Shown here: one piece after another, positions 1 to 12,837 of the stretch
Layout of the letters: every line of letters starts with the position of its first letter
How positions within the stretch are numbered: position 1 is the first letter of the stretch
Source: Alkalispirochaeta sp.
Lineage (GTDB): Bacteria > Spirochaetota > Spirochaetia > DSM-27196 > Alkalispirochaetaceae
Direction: 5' to 3'
Assembly (NCBI GenBank): GCA_965242725.1
Contig: CBDESZ010000016.1
Coordinates: 1 to 64,000, forward strand
Length of the DNA stretch: 64,000 bases
Made by a program: the position numbers and the translations under genes
Notes under the pieces: generated by a model
The model's input: only the letters and a program-made list of their open reading frames with translations
What the model was told of the DNA's origin: nothing
Database searches by the model: none

Positions 1-1580
1 CATAGGAATCATCAGATACCAGCAGGGTTTCTACGAGTTCGCACTGGAAAGGGCGCAACGGGCACGCTCGATAGAACCGTATTTCGATCGCGCTGGCAAC
101 TGGAAGGAGGAAGCGCATCTCGCTCTCGGGTCATACAGAAGCGCTGAACTCGCCTTTACCTCCGTGGTCGCGCTCGATGGGGCAAGCGCTACGGGCTACA
201 TCTATCGCGGGTACACACGTCTCAAAATTGGCGCCTTTCATGAAGCAAAGGCTGATTTCAACCAGGCGATCACGATAGATGACACCAATCCGTGGACCTA
301 CCTCTACCTTGGTGAAGCGGAATCGGAGCTTGAGGATTTGATGCCGCACTTGAGAGTTTCTCGACAGCACGACAAAGAAACGCTCCTGAACCGGCGGTTC
401 TCTCCCGGGAGGGTCAAACCTATTTGACCGCCGGTGAACACGATCGCGCCCTTGCCGCTATCAGACGGGCGTCGGAACTGAGCCCCGGAGATATGGGCCT
501 TCTCTACCAGCTGGGTCAGGCCCACGAGACGATCGGGAATGATGACGAGGCAATCGCGGTCTTTCGGCGCGTCACGGAAGGGGGCGCCGGACGATCCGGC
601 GGCGTACAACCGGATCGGTTTCCTCCTGAACGGACAGAATCGTCACGCCGAGGGCCATAATGCCGCTTCAACGGGCGATAGAGCTCGCTCCCGACTGGTC
701 GTGGCCGATCAACAACCTTGCAAATGCCTATGTCGAGACCGGACCGGATCGAAGAGGGAATGAACTGTATAACCGCGCATTGGAAGTGGAACCCGACTAC
801 TACGTCGCCGCACAGAATCTTGCACGGGCGTATTACTACGATCTCGACGACGTCGATTCCGCGATCGTCGCGATCAATCACGCCGTCGAGCTCTATCCGC
901 AAAGTATCGGTTCATTGACGCTCCGCGCCGAAATTCTTGCAGATACGGGAAGAAACCCCAAACAGGCGCGGGCGGATCTCATCCGCGCCAATTGAGCTTC
1001 ATCCCACAATCGGATCGCGCGGCACGACAGCTCGGCTGAACTCGACTATCGGTGAGGGCAGGTATCGGGACGCGGTCTCCCGCCTGCGGCGGGCCCGCGA
1101 ACTTGACCCTGACCGATCGCTCGACAATAGAGAGTCTCGCCAAAGCGCTGCGAAATCTTGGATTGGTTACCGAATTGGAGGTGCTGCTCGATGAGGCACG
1201 CTCAATGGGGTTGTGGAGCGATACCCTCGGGAGAATTGCAGAGGTCACCGCGGCGATCGAACCGTGCTTCTCCGGGCACATCCGGAGCGGCGGCGGCTCC
1301 ATCGCCGCTCCGGGCGACCGCCGCCGCGCTGACTGTCGAGCTTTACCGCCGCTACGGACGCCTCGTCGGATCGGCAGCAGTACGGCAGGAATGGACGCTT
1401 CGCGATTCCCCTCGGCAGCCTCCCCCGGCGACGTTCACTTCGAAACCTGGTTTTCCGACGCCCTGGAACGGGGAGTTCGAGATCCACGTCCGGTCGTCAC
1501 TCGGCGACGGTGATCTTCTCTATCAGCGGGTCATAGGCGGCGCGGAACTGACGCGATTCCACATTATCGAACTTCGGTGA
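1..1580 (+). pseudogene. TPR-repeat protein, 5' end outside the window, broken by several frameshifts (possibly assembly indels)
   Basis: Consecutive overlapping ORF fragments (164-427, 424-660, 660-995, 937-1194, 1052-1513, 1158-1580) carry TPR-like helices, e.g. ADFNQAITIDDTNPWTYLYLG, RAIELAPDWSWPINNLANAY, YNRALEVEPDYYVAAQNLA. Confidence 0.75.
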
Positions 1581-2900
1581 TGGGGACGTTCGCGGAGTAA
1601 CTCCACATCGCCACTTCCGCCCCGCGTTCTCGTGACGAGACGGACTCGTCGATTCCGCAATTCAACATACCCTTCCGTTGCCTCGTCGAAGTGTGCGGTT
1701 TACGGGCAAGATGCCAGTCATCCTCCTGGAGAACGAGCGTCACCGACGCACCTTCTTCGGAAAGGGAGACCGCGTCGGTAAATCCCCGGACCTTCCGCGT
1801 TCGATCCTCAGTATGTAATTCGTTTCCGCAAACCGTTTCCCCCTCATCGTCGACGAGAACGATCTCTCCGTCTTCGACGCGCGGGTCGGATACGCTGAAC
1901 CGCACTGTGAATTCCTGATTTCCCTGGAGTGACGTCCGTTCTATCGCAACGCCCGTCGCGGCGGTCGAGGGCAGGTATGTATCGAAATGGTCCCGGTAAC
2001 AGTGACACCGTCGGCGCGGTCCAGGAATACCGACGATGGGTAAGGGTGTTGTGATATGCCGCCTTTTCCTCGGAGGTGATATATCCTGACCGGACGGTCA
2101 TCCTGTCAAGAAACAACGCCAACTCGGTCCGTAGCGATTATTTCTCCCTCTTCGCCGAAAAAGGCGACATCGTACCATCCGAGAACAACCGCAGATGCGC
2201 TCCGGTGCACGTGTCGGCGAATCCACCACGGCCACCCGTCAAGTTCATTACCGTCGCGGAAAGCGCTCGGTTGAAAGCTCGTAGCGTATGCCATACGGAT
2301 CGGTCACGACCGTTTCACACCACCTGGTCCAGGTCGACAACGTCCGGATTTGTTTTTATTCGAAACGCGGACGTGAAGAGGTACATAATGCGGCTCTTCC
2401 ACTGCGGCCTGCGCCCGGTACTGCAAGCGAAGCGTCATCTCCTCTACGGGCGTTTTGGGCGGAAAGAACCGCTCACCGACCACATGGCGACAACAATCGC
2501 ACACCACGCACATCGGCGGGTCATTGTCGACCTCCGCCGTCAATCGGAACGGTTTCCGAAAAAGGAGCGGTATCGATATATCGCCGGTCCGTCGTAGAGG
2601 ACGATATAGGCGGAATCGGCCTTTGCCCGTTGTGCTTCGGTGAGGCCTGAGACGATATACCTGTTCACGTCTCCGTCGGTATGGAAGTCGTCGCCGCCGT
2701 TCAACTCAATCGGTGATGTACCTCCGCCCCAGGGACGAAATAACTCACTCTTTAGAATCTGCTCGTTTTCGGTGTCGATTACATAGATCCGGCCGGTAAT
2801 AAACGCGGCTGTCAGTCGACGGTGAAGGCGATTTCCAGCGTCGAATCCCCTATTCCGTCGGTGCCTATGGACGCCGAACGAATTTCCGCGTAGGCGAGCG
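1564..2900 (-). pseudogene. Probable fragmented hypothetical protein
   Basis: Short minus-strand ORFs (1564-1905, 1844-2122, 2106-2294, 2304-2543) tile the interval. No family recognised; boundaries are approximate. Confidence 0.3.
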
Positions 2901-3606
2901 CCTGCACGTGGGCGGCGCCGATATCGCCTTCATAACCGGACGTGTAACAGGATCAACGCCGACGCCGTATCTGCACCCGGGAGGGTGCACTATGACCGGC
3001 GTCTCAATGGTACGCCCCGTCAACCAGGTCAATCCGGGAAAACAAGCGGCCCGATGGGAAACGCACGGAGGGAGGAGCGGGAGGGAGAAGCGAAGTATCG
3101 ATTAAACTGAAGTTTTCAAACTGCTGACGATCTGCATTCCCAGGAGTCGTCGACCGTAAATCGCCACCGCTCACCGCTCCAGTTGACCAGGAACGCCCCT
3201 TTCACCTGGTCGATAGATGCGTCCGGAGAGAAATCGTATAGGCGCGAGGAAAACGCAGGTAGAGCACGTTGTCAGATCGCAGGCGTCTATAGCCCGGGGT
3301 GATAGGCGGTGATGTCCCACCGAACAGGGGAAACCTCCACCGGTCCGGGAGGATAAAATCCGCCGGAATCGTCGGTCGACTGAGCCACCGCCGGGACTGC
3401 GAGCGCGGGCAGCGGTCACAACGATAAGGAATACCGTCGCGTACTCCCGCAATAGACTTATTCGCAACATTCCTTGAACGGTAAATTGAAGTTCCAAAAG
3501 ACGCCACCCCCTTACAGTCATATATGCTGCGATGCATCGCACAGTCACCTTCACAGAATCTTCACGGGTACGGGGGTACCATCGCTGCAGACTCGGGAGG
3601 TACACG

Positions 3607-4318
3607 ATGAATAAAAACACGACATTGCGGCGATTTCTGGATTCAGTGAGCCGACTATCTCCGCCGGTGATCATGGTTACGGCCATTTTCCTTATCGCCC
3701 TGATCGGCGTGCGTGACTATCTGACCGGATACGAGACCTCGTTCGCCATCTTCTACGTTGTGCCGGTGGGTATCGTGGCGTGGCGGCTCGGCCCGGGAAG
3801 AGTATCGGCGTTGGCGATCCTCAGCGGTATCGTCTGGCTCCTTGCGGAACTTGCCGCGGCGCCGGTCTATTCTTCACCACTGATTCCGTTGTGGAACTCT
3901 CTCATGCGTATGGGGATTCTTCTACCTGATCGGCCGGCTTCTCCACTCCCTCAGGACACAGGAAATGGCGGCGGTGCGCGAGCGGGAAGGAGCCGAGGTT
4001 GCCCAGCACATCACGCTCCTCCTGGTCGAACATATCGGACAGGAGAACCGCCGCATCAATGCATGGTTGTCCCGTCGGCGTTCAGGCGACCATCAGACGC
4101 CGCCCGATATTGAATCGGCGTCCCTGCGGATCGGTACGTACCTCTCGGTCCTGTCGGAAGCATCCTTTGCCTACCCCTATTACTCCCTGACCGGCGGGAA
4201 TACCCGGGACCTCCTTGCCCGGATAGAGCGGCGGCTCAAGGCGGCACAGACGACGGCGGAATCGTCAGATCCGGAGCGGGAGCCCGTCATTCCCTGCCGC
4301 GCGAGCGGACTGCCCTGA
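3607..4318 (+). CDS. Membrane protein with DUF4118-like sensor-type TM region, frameshift near 3920
   Basis: GGGAGG SD before ATG 3607. TM segment DYLTGYETSFAIFYVVPVGIVAW. A coherent soluble C-terminal part continues in ORF 3965-4318. Confidence 0.6.
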
Positions 4319-7300
4319 CGACAGGGAACTCCCCCGCGCCTCTTCCCGTGCCTCCGCCCGCATCCCCTCACGGCGGACAGTCCGCGCCTCCGTCCGCCCC
4401 TCCGTCCAGCGGCGGATGTCGGTGAGAATGGAGAGGATCGTCGGCAATACCACAAGGGTCAGAAAGGTGCCGAAGAGCAGGCCGAATGCAATTGAGACGG
4501 CGATGGGAACGAGCAACTGACCGCCCTCCCCCTTCTGGAGGATCAGCGGCGCCATGCCGCCGGCGGTGGTGATCGTCGTCATGACGATCGCCCGGAAGCG
4601 CTGCGTCGCCGCGTCGACCACCGCCTCCCGGGGCCGGTCCGGCGTGGCCTGGAGCTTGCGGTTTATACGTATCGATGAGAACCACCGAGTCGTTGACGAT
4701 AATTCCCGCCAGGGCGATGCATCCGAGGAATGAGATAAATGACATGGGAATGCCGACAACGGCGTGGCCGATCGTTGCGCCGATCACCCCGAGAGGGATG
4801 AGGCCGAGAACGGTCAGCGCCTGGCCGTAGGACTTCATCTGAAAGACGAGGATCGTGAACATGAAGAGGAGCGCCGTCACCAGGCTGAAGATCATGGACC
4901 GAACCATCCGGTCCACCTCCTGTGCCTGCCCGCTCTGGGAGAGCGAGACGCCGTCCACACGGGCGAGTACGTCTGGCAGGATCTCGTCGTTGATCTCCCT
5001 GTTGACGACGTTCACCTCGTTGCGGGAGGTATCAAGGGAGGCGCTCACCCGAATGGAGCGGTAGCCGTCCTGTCGTGAGATGCGCCGGAGGCTCCGCTGC
5101 AGAGAAAAGTCCGCCACCTCCCGCAGGGGAACAAAGCTCCCCGCCGGCGTCATGATCGGCGCCTCTTCGAGGCGCCGCAGGGAATCCCGCTCCTCCCGGG
5201 GGTATCTGACCATGAGGGGAATCGAACGGGATCCGTCCTGGAGATCCATCACCTCAAGGCCGCCGAAGGCGTTGGAAACCTGCCGGGAGATGCTCCCCTC
5301 GGTGAGACCCAGGGCGCGCCCGCGGTCGGTGACGGAGAAGATATACTCCCGTGCGCCGAGGGGCAGATCGTCACGAATGTCGGTGACACCGTCGATATGC
5401 CCGATCCGTTCCTTGAAGAGGTCCGCCGCCAGCCGCAGCTGCTCGGGATCCTTGCCGAGAAAGCGGATTGAAATCGGATCGCCGCCGAATACGCCGTCCT
5501 CACCGATCACGAGGGACTCAAGCTCGGGGAAGCCCGTAATGGAACGGTTGAGTTCCCGTCCGAAGTCCTTGACGGAGAAGTCCCGCTCCTCATTGGGAAT
5601 GAGGAGGAGGTAGACGATGAGACTGTCGCCGTTCTGCCAGGAGAGGTGGTTCACGATGCCGTTGGTATAGCCCCGCTCGGGCCAGGCGTAGTCCTCGCCA
5701 AAGGCGAGAACCCGTTCCTCCAGGCGGCCTCTGACGCGCTCCATCTCCGCCGCCGGCGTTCCCGAGGGAAAAGTTGCCTCAACGTAGACGTACTGGGACT
5801 CCACCTCGGGAAAAAATTCGGCGCGGATGTGGTTTCCCGCAAAGGCCCCGGCCAGAACGATGACGCTCGCCACGAGGGCGGCGATCACCACCGGCCGGTT
5901 GCGGAGGCTTCTTTCAAGAAAGGGCCGGTACCAGCCGTTGATGACGCGCTCCTGAACGGCCTCGATGCGCGCACGCAGGGGGTGCACCCGCGTGTCCGAG
6001 AGGGCGCTGGAGTGGGCAAGATGTGCGGGGAGGAGGATCAGCGCCTCCACGAGGGAAAAGGCGAGGCTGATAATGACGACAAGACCGATCTGGGAGGTGT
6101 ACTTGCCCATATCGCCGTGAATGAAGAAGTAGGGCGCAAAGGCGATAATCGTCGTGGCGATGGAGACGCACACCGGGACGAGAACCTCCATGGTCCCGTC
6201 CACCGCCGCCTGGAGGCGCTCCTTTCCAAGCTCCTTCCAGTGGCGGTAGATATTCTCGCCGATGACGATCCCGTCGTCCACGAGAATCCCGATGACGATG
6301 ATCATTCCAAAGAGGGTCATTTCATTGATCGTGATACCGAGAATCCACTCGAGAAAGAGGAGACCGAAAAAGGAGATAGGGATGCCCATGGCAACCCAGA
6401 AGGAGAGGCGCAGATTGAGGAGCAGACCGAGAATGAGCAGCACCAGGGCGAGACCCATGGCACCGCTGGCGGTCAGCGTGCCCAGGCGCTCGTCAAGCTC
6501 ATCAACATCGCGGATCGCCGGCATGAAGGTGATGAGCCCCCCGTAGCGGGCGTTGTATTCGGCGACCTTCTCGTCCGCAAGGCGGCCGAGGGCGATAACA
6601 TCCTCAGACTCGTTGTACATGATCTGCAGACCGATCGCATTGCGCCCGTTCACCCGGGTGTAGAGGGCGTTTTCCGCCCGCTGTCGCGTCACCGTGGCGA
6701 CGTCGCCAACCTTCACAATCCGCCCCGTTGAGGTGGTGGTGAGGGGGATCTCGGCGATGCGTTCCGGGGCGAGCTCCTTGTCGTAGTTCCTGATCTGCAC
6801 GCGCTCCCGGGAGGTGAGCACCGATCCCGCCGAGGTATCCAGGTTGCTCGCCCTGACCACATCCGCCAGGGTGTCGAGACCGATGCCGAGGCGCCGCTGC
6901 ACCGCCGGATCGAGCTCGATCACAATCTCTTCATGGGGAAAGCCCCACTCCCTGATCTCCGAAGCCTGCCCCGACTTGAGCAGGTCCTCCCGGAACTCAT
7001 CCGCCACATCCTCCAGAATGGATGGATTGAGATTCTCCTCGCCGTAGATAAAAAGCAGCATCACCCGCGCCCACTCGGTCTCCCGCTCTATCCGGGGCGG
7101 ACGGGCGTCCTCGGGATAGTCGCCGATTGCGTCAAAGACGCGCTGAATCTCATCCACTAGCTCCCGTTTGTCCACCGTCGGGGTCGTCTCGAGACCAAAG
7201 TAGGCAGCGCCGTCATAGGAGTTGGCCATGACGGAGACGACACCTTCCAGTCCCGCAAGGCGATCCTCAACGCCGATCACCAGACCGTCCTCAACCTCCC

Positions 7301-7472
7301 GCGCAGACGCGCCGGGCCACGCCACGTTTATTGAAATCCAGTCGAACTCGATAGCCGGCCAGATGCGCTTTCTGATATTCATGAGGCCGAAGGTTCCGGC
7401 CAGAAGGATGAGCAGCATCAGCCAGTTGGTGAGAATGCGATGGTTGGTAAAGAGGGTAATGAGCTTTTTCAC
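4265..7472 (-). CDS. RND efflux permease (AcrB/AcrD/AcrF family), frameshift near 4665 in the C-terminus
   Basis: ~1050 aa with GILVDDGIVIGENI and GIIVNDSVVLID motifs. The RFRAIVMTTITT tail lies in the alternative frame (4265-4759). Confidence 0.92.
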
Positions 7473-8677
7473 CCGTCCACCGCTTCCGTGCTCAGACGCA
7501 TGCCCTCAATGGGGATTTGTATCGCCGTAGTGACAAGTTCCATCCCGTCCCTGAGGCCCGCGCCGGTGACGACAATCTCATCACCCCGGTAGCCCCGGAT
7601 GGCCACGGGATACTTCACCAGCGCCCCCTCCTCCATCACATTGATCGTGCCGTCCTCATTGAGGAGGCCCCGCGCCAGCAGGAGCGCCCCTTCAACGCTG
7701 TCTCCGGACAGTTCCACGCGCACAAAACTCCCGGGAAGGAAGCTCAGCAACCGGTCGGGATTTTCAAATCGAACGTAGACCGTCACCATCTGCGACTCCC
7801 GTTCGGCCTGACCACCGATACGATCAATGACGCCGGAGAGGCCCGACACTTCTCCGAGGCCGCGCCCGCCCGCCATCTCCGCTTCCCCGCTGCCGCGCCC
7901 GCCCGCGCCCGCCACGCCGCCGGGCTTCACCGTGACGGCGACGCGTTCAGACCGATTGAGGTAAAGGAGCTCCTCCCGCGTCAGGGAGAGGGCAATCTCA
8001 AGGTTGACCGGATCGATGAGCGTCACAAGGTGCTGACCCGGTGACACCGCAAGCCCCTCGGGCAATGAACCGGAGAGGACGGTACCGGCAAAGGGGGCCG
8101 TTACATTGTGATGTGTAAGTGTTCGTCCGGATCGGACGAGGGCGTGGTAGCTCTCAATGACGCCATGGGTGCTCAGGACGAGGCGCTCCCGCTGGGACTC
8201 AATGGAAGGCAGATCGGGCACCACGCCGGAGACGATTGCCGTGTGGAAGGCGGCCCACTTGGGCCGGACACCCATCGGATCCTGCGCATCAAGTGCCGCC
8301 ATAAGTGCCGCAAGTCCCTTGAGCAGGGATGTTTCCGCAAGCTGTAGCTCGCTTTTAACATTTGTAGAATCAATAGAGACGAGCAGCTCGCCCCGGGAGA
8401 CCTGTGATCCCGGTCGAACATTGTCACGGGAATAGACGATCTCGCCGCCCACCTGGGCAATAACCGGCAGGGTCTGCCGCGACTCCACGTACCCTTCCAC
8501 GACGATTGAGCGCGAAATGGGAGCCAGCTCAATGACCTGCGTCGTCACCTGCCGCACCGACTCCTCGGGCACGGCCTCCTCGCTCTGACGGCTCCACAGC
8601 GCCAGGAGCGTACCCACACCACCCGCAACAAGAAGGATGGCAACGACGACGATACTCTTTCGTACGGCTGAATTCAT
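7469..8677 (-). CDS. RND efflux periplasmic adaptor (membrane fusion protein)
   Basis: N-terminal TM anchor, lipoyl-like VIAQVGGEI and VTAPFAGTV motifs, 4-bp overlap with the permease gene. Confidence 0.88.
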   Translation of the reverse strand: MNSAVRKSIVVVAILLVAGGVGTLLALWSRQSEEAVPEESVRQVTTQVIELAPISRSIVVEGYVESRQTLPVIAQVGGEIVYSRDNVRPGSQVSRGELLVSIDSTNVKSELQLAETSLLKGLAALMAALDAQDPMGVRPKWAAFHTAIVSGVVPDLPSIESQRERLVLSTHGVIESYHALVRSGRTLTHHNVTAPFAGTVLSGSLPEGLAVSPGQHLVTLIDPVNLEIALSLTREELLYLNRSERVAVTVKPGGVAGAGGRGSGEAEMAGGRGLGEVSGLSGVIDRIGGQAERESQMVTVYVRFENPDRLLSFLPGSFVRVELSGDSVEGALLLARGLLNEDGTINVMEEGALVKYPVAIRGYRGDEIVVTGAGLRDGMELVTTAIQIPIEGMRLSTEAVDG

Positions 8678-8779
8678 GTTCTATCCTACTACATAGAACA
8701 CCGGCGGAGCGAAATGTGTCACCCCCGGTTGAAAAAAGCCCGGCTGCCGCGGCCCGCACTCCCCTCAATCACCGCCCGA

Positions 8780-10585
8780 TCACGCCTCCAACCTGAACAT
8801 ACGGGTCCGCTCGGTAAGCATATCGCCGAGCTCCTTGTTGGTATCCGCGATCTCCGCAACGGCGGTGACGGAGCCGTTAATCTCCTGGGCGCCCCGGGAA
8901 ATCTCTTCCATGCTCTGTCGGATATGTTCGGTAATCTGCCGCAGCTTCCCCGTCTCCTCAAGAATGGACTGATTGCCCGATCGCATTTCCCGCGACCCCG
9001 CAACGACCTGGCTTGTGATATCGCCGATTTTCTGCAGCGCCCCCAGCACTTCCCTGCTTCCCGTGGACTGCTCCTGCATACTCGCCTTGACTTCACTCTG
9101 AAGGGCGGCGGCCTGTTCAATCAGATCCTCGAGGGAGGTAAATTCCCGGGAACTCGCTTCAGAGGTTTCAACCGCCGACGTGATCGCCTCACGTATGGAT
9201 TTGAGCTCATGCTGAATGCGTTTGGACTCCTTCTGGGCGTGCTCGGCGAGCTTCCGCACCTCGTCGGCGACAACGGCAAAGCCCCGCCCGCTCTCGCCGG
9301 CGTGGGCGGCCTCGATCGCGGCGTTCATGGCAAGCAAATTGGTCTGCGCCGCAATGCCGGATATCGCCTTATTGGCTTCCACAAGGGTGGTGGAAAGATC
9401 ATTGACCTGCTGGACTCTCCTGTTGACGTCCAGGAGTTTCTCCCGACCGTTCTGCGACGCCGTCACAACCTGCTCAAACATTTCCCCCGTTCGTTCCACG
9501 TTATGTGTGACCGCCCGGATGTTCGCCACCATTTCCTCAACCGATGCGGAAGACTCGTTCACGTTGGCGGCCTGATCCTGAATCACCAGGTCCAGGTTTT
9601 CAATGTTCCGTGTAATCTGCTCAAGCGACGCCGCCGAACCGTTCATGCTCTCGGTCTGTCGAATCGTCTGTTCACGGACACTGTCGATATTGGCGGATAT
9701 CTCGTTTGTGGCAGCGGCGGTCTGCTCCATGTTCGCCGAGAGCGAAACACCCTGCTCCTGCATCCTTTCACTGGTCTCAACGATCGTTCGTACCGTCACC
9801 CGGAGCGTCTCGGTCGTCTCATTGAAACGATGGGCGATCTCGCCGAACTCATCCTTGGTCGTGATCGTGATCTGCTCGGTCAGATCACCCCTGGACAACC
9901 GCTCACCGAACGCGCCGATCATGCGCAACCTCGCCACGATGCGGCCGGAAAAGACGACGGCCACAATCAGCGCAAGGAGCACGCTCACCATCGCCGCCCC
10001 GGCAATGACGGAAAGCCCGATCCGGATCCGGCGGTACACCTCGTTTTCCTGCGCTTCGACGAGCTCTCCCACAAGATCCCGCAACAGGTTTGACTGTGTG
10101 ACAAACCGGTCGTACATCGAATCAAACTGCAGCCCCAGAGAGGCAAGCGGTTCACCGGTTGATGTGTAGAAGTCCAGGCGCTGCCGACTCAATTCCTGGA
10201 GTTTCTCGAGGGTGTTTTTTACCGGCGGGAGCGTACCGAGGGCCCTCTGATACTGCTGATCCGACATGTTGCCCGCGTCGTTCAACGCTTCTACATGACC
10301 AATAATGCGGTCGATTTCCGTGGACGCATTGGTAAGACTCTCCTCCACAGCCTGAAACCGGTCCACAGACTCAACTCCCTGAAGAATTCTCTCCAGCCGG
10401 AGATTGGCCCTCGTTACCTCAATCTGGGTTGTCAGCACGGCCGTATTCGACGGAAACAACTCTTCAACCAACGTCTCCGTACCGCGTGTAACCGTGAGAA
10501 AAGCGACAACGGCGACGGAACCACTCGCAAGAAGAACAAAAATGAGAACTCCAAAGGAGGAGAGCATTTTTGCACGTAATTTCAT
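8780..10585 (-). CDS. Methyl-accepting chemotaxis protein with HAMP domain
   Basis: Two TM helices, HAMP ([12 protein letters not shown]), signalling hairpin [38 protein letters not shown]. Confidence 0.96.
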   Translation of the reverse strand: MKLRAKMLSSFGVLIFVLLASGSVAVVAFLTVTRGTETLVEELFPSNTAVLTTQIEVTRANLRLERILQGVESVDRFQAVEESLTNASTEIDRIIGHVEALNDAGNMSDQQYQRALGTLPPVKNTLEKLQELSRQRLDFYTSTGEPLASLGLQFDSMYDRFVTQSNLLRDLVGELVEAQENEVYRRIRIGLSVIAGAAMVSVLLALIVAVVFSGRIVARLRMIGAFGERLSRGDLTEQITITTKDEFGEIAHRFNETTETLRVTVRTIVETSERMQEQGVSLSANMEQTAAATNEISANIDSVREQTIRQTESMNGSAASLEQITRNIENLDLVIQDQAANVNESSASVEEMVANIRAVTHNVERTGEMFEQVVTASQNGREKLLDVNRRVQQVNDLSTTLVEANKAISGIAAQTNLLAMNAAIEAAHAGESGRGFAVVADEVRKLAEHAQKESKRIQHELKSIREAITSAVETSEASSREFTSLEDLIEQAAALQSEVKASMQEQSTGSREVLGALQKIGDITSQVVAGSREMRSGNQSILEETGKLRQITEHIRQSMEEISRGAQEINGSVTAVAEIADTNKELGDMLTERTRMFRLEA

Positions 10586-10753
10586 ATAGACTCCTGAAAA
10601 CATGCCGACCGAACCGGCATGTGTCGTGAGAAATGTAAGTTGTTTAACGGGTTTGAAATAATTGGAAGCGGGACGCTTCGATACGTATCAACCCAATAAT
10701 AGGAGATGGTGTCGACTTCTGCAAGGGAGGGTGAAGATCCGGAACATTTAATT

Positions 10754-10810
10754 GAACCATCCGGTTCCGCTGAGCGGACAGCACGGAGAGCTCGGCATAC
10801 ACCCGGATCG
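10754..10810 (+). repeat. Dispersed structured repeat, copy 1 of 4
   Basis: GAACCATCCGGTTCCGCTGAGCGG (10754-10777), a 22-nt spacer, then CACCCGGATCG. Confidence 0.85.
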
Positions 10811-10830
10811 GAGGGCGGGCATGCCGCCGC

Positions 10831-11868
10831 TCACTCCCACCGGAACAGAAAGGCCGAAATCGTCAACAGAAGGGCGGTAAGCCCCGTCAGGAAGAGGAGA
10901 TGCGGCGCGATATCAATGAGGCCGGCCCCTTCCAGCATGATCGCCCGGGCGCCGGATATGAAGTGGGTCAAGGGCAACGCCTTCGAGATTGACTGCAATA
11001 CCGGAGGTGACCCTTCCAGGGAGAAGAAGACCCCGGAAAGAATGATCATGGGAAAGGTGACGAGGTTCATCAGTCCGCTTGCCAGCTCCTCGCTCTTAAG
11101 GCGCGAGGCAAAAACCAGTCCCACCGAGATCATACACACGATTGCGAGGGCGGTTATGAGAAGCAGGTTCAGATAGGATCCCTTCATCATGAAGTGGAGA
11201 AAGAAATTCGTCCCGATGAAGACCACCGCGGAGGTGACGATGACGATGGTGAGGCGGCTCGCCGCCTGGGCGGTCACAAAGGTCATCGCCGATACGGGCG
11301 TCGCCTTGAGACGCTTGAGAACGCCGTTCTTGCGGTATCGCACGATCACAAAGCCCACGCCAAAGAGGCAGCTGAACATCATATTCATGCCGATCACACC
11401 GGGTACGAGCCAGTCCACATAGCGTATCGGCTCGCCCGTCACCTGGCGTTCCACAAAGCGTGACGCGCCGACCTCCACCGGCAGCTCCGGTCCGGAGTTC
11501 GCCTGGAAAAGCATGCGCAGCAGCGGCCCGTTGGCGGACTGGCTGTTTATGTAGTACCGGTCATCGGTAAAATCGACAACCATATCCAGTTGATGCTGGC
11601 GCAGCCGTTCAATGACGACATCGGTGGTCGTCTCACCGCCGGCGATGTCGTACTCCACAAACTCGATTTGATCGATATTCATGAACTCCATCGACGTATC
11701 GGGAGTACCGATCACCCCCACCTTGAATAACTCATTGTCGTCCCCGGAAAAGGCAAAGGCAAAACCGAAGACGAGAACGACCGGGAAGAGGAGATTCCAG
11801 TAGAACGTTCCCCGGTCTCGTACAAACTCCATGGTCCGGGCTTTATACAGGGCGTTGAATTTTCGCAT
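10831..11868 (-). CDS. ABC-2 type transporter permease
   Basis: YVDWLVPGVIGMNMM and GVLKRLKATP motifs; multiple TM helices. Confidence 0.92.
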   Translation of the reverse strand: MRKFNALYKARTMEFVRDRGTFYWNLLFPVVLVFGFAFAFSGDDNELFKVGVIGTPDTSMEFMNIDQIEFVEYDIAGGETTTDVVIERLRQHQLDMVVDFTDDRYYINSQSANGPLLRMLFQANSGPELPVEVGASRFVERQVTGEPIRYVDWLVPGVIGMNMMFSCLFGVGFVIVRYRKNGVLKRLKATPVSAMTFVTAQAASRLTIVIVTSAVVFIGTNFFLHFMMKGSYLNLLLITALAIVCMISVGLVFASRLKSEELASGLMNLVTFPMIILSGVFFSLEGSPPVLQSISKALPLTHFISGARAIMLEGAGLIDIAPHLLFLTGLTALLLTISAFLFRWE

Positions 11869-11893
11869 AGTCTTGTCCTCGTCAGATTCCTTG

Positions 11894-12763
11894 TCAGGTG
11901 CGCAGAGAGCTGCCGGTAAGTTTTATAAAGAGGTCCTCAAGGTTCGGCTTGTGAATGCTGAGGCCGTCGAGGTTGGTATTCACCGCCAGCAGCTCCTTGA
12001 GCGCCCGGTCCACATTGGTGGTAACCAGTTCCACGTGGTCGTCGGTGACCTCGGCGTCCGGCGGAACAGACTCGCCGTACCCGCTTTTCGGCACCCGCAG
12101 GAGAACGCCGTCAAAGTGCTTGTCCAGAAGTGTCGCCGGCGTATCCAGCTCAAGCACGTGGCCGTGATCCATAATGGCGATCCGGTCGCAGAGGATCTGC
12201 GCCTCTTCCATATAGTGGGTGGTAAGCAGAACCGTCGTATTGTCCGCGCGAATCGTCTCGATAAGGCGCCAGAAGTTCCGACGGGCCTGGGGGTCCAGCC
12301 CCGTCGTCGGCTCGTCCAGGAAGACGATCTCCGGGTTGGGAATGATCGCCAGCGCGAGAAGGAGCCGCTGCCGCTGACCCCCGGAGAGCTTTCGGTTGTC
12401 CCGGTCGATAATGTCCTCGAGAGAACAGATATCGATAACCTCATCCATGGGACGCGGATGGGGATAGAGCGCCTGAAAGAGCTCCAGCGTCTCCTTCACC
12501 GTTATAAACTCCGGCAGCGCCGTCGACTGAAACTGAATACCCACCTTCTCCCTGAAGCGGCGATCGATGGGCTTGCCCCTGAAGAGAATCTCCCCGCCCG
12601 ACGGCTGAAGGATTCCCTCCATCATTTCAATGGTCGTCGTTTTCCCGGCACCGTTGGGCCCAAGAAGGCCAAAACAGATACCTTCGGGAATATCAAAGCT
12701 GATATCGTCAACGGCCTGAACGGAACCGTAATTCTTGCTCAGACCCTGTACTTGCATGATCAT
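11894..12763 (-). CDS. ABC transporter ATP-binding protein
   Basis: Walker A GPNGAGKTT, LSGGQ signature, Walker B VFLDEPTTGLD. Confidence 0.96.
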   Translation of the reverse strand: MIMQVQGLSKNYGSVQAVDDISFDIPEGICFGLLGPNGAGKTTTIEMMEGILQPSGGEILFRGKPIDRRFREKVGIQFQSTALPEFITVKETLELFQALYPHPRPMDEVIDICSLEDIIDRDNRKLSGGQRQRLLLALAIIPNPEIVFLDEPTTGLDPQARRNFWRLIETIRADNTTVLLTTHYMEEAQILCDRIAIMDHGHVLELDTPATLLDKHFDGVLLRVPKSGYGESVPPDAEVTDDHVELVTTNVDRALKELLAVNTNLDGLSIHKPNLEDLFIKLTGSSLRT

Positions 12764-12837
12764 GGTCCCGAAAGTACTACTTATTGGAACCAAACAGCCA
12801 CTTGCGCCGGGAAGATGATGGGACTATACCTGAATAC

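Noticed and set aside
1..4760. Dense frameshifts in the TPR gene, its neighbours and the RND permease tail, as programmed frameshifting or mass pseudogenisation
   Set aside because: Indels cluster in the first ~4.7 kb across unrelated genes and then vanish for tens of kb. This fits low-coverage sequencing or assembly error better; raw reads would decide.
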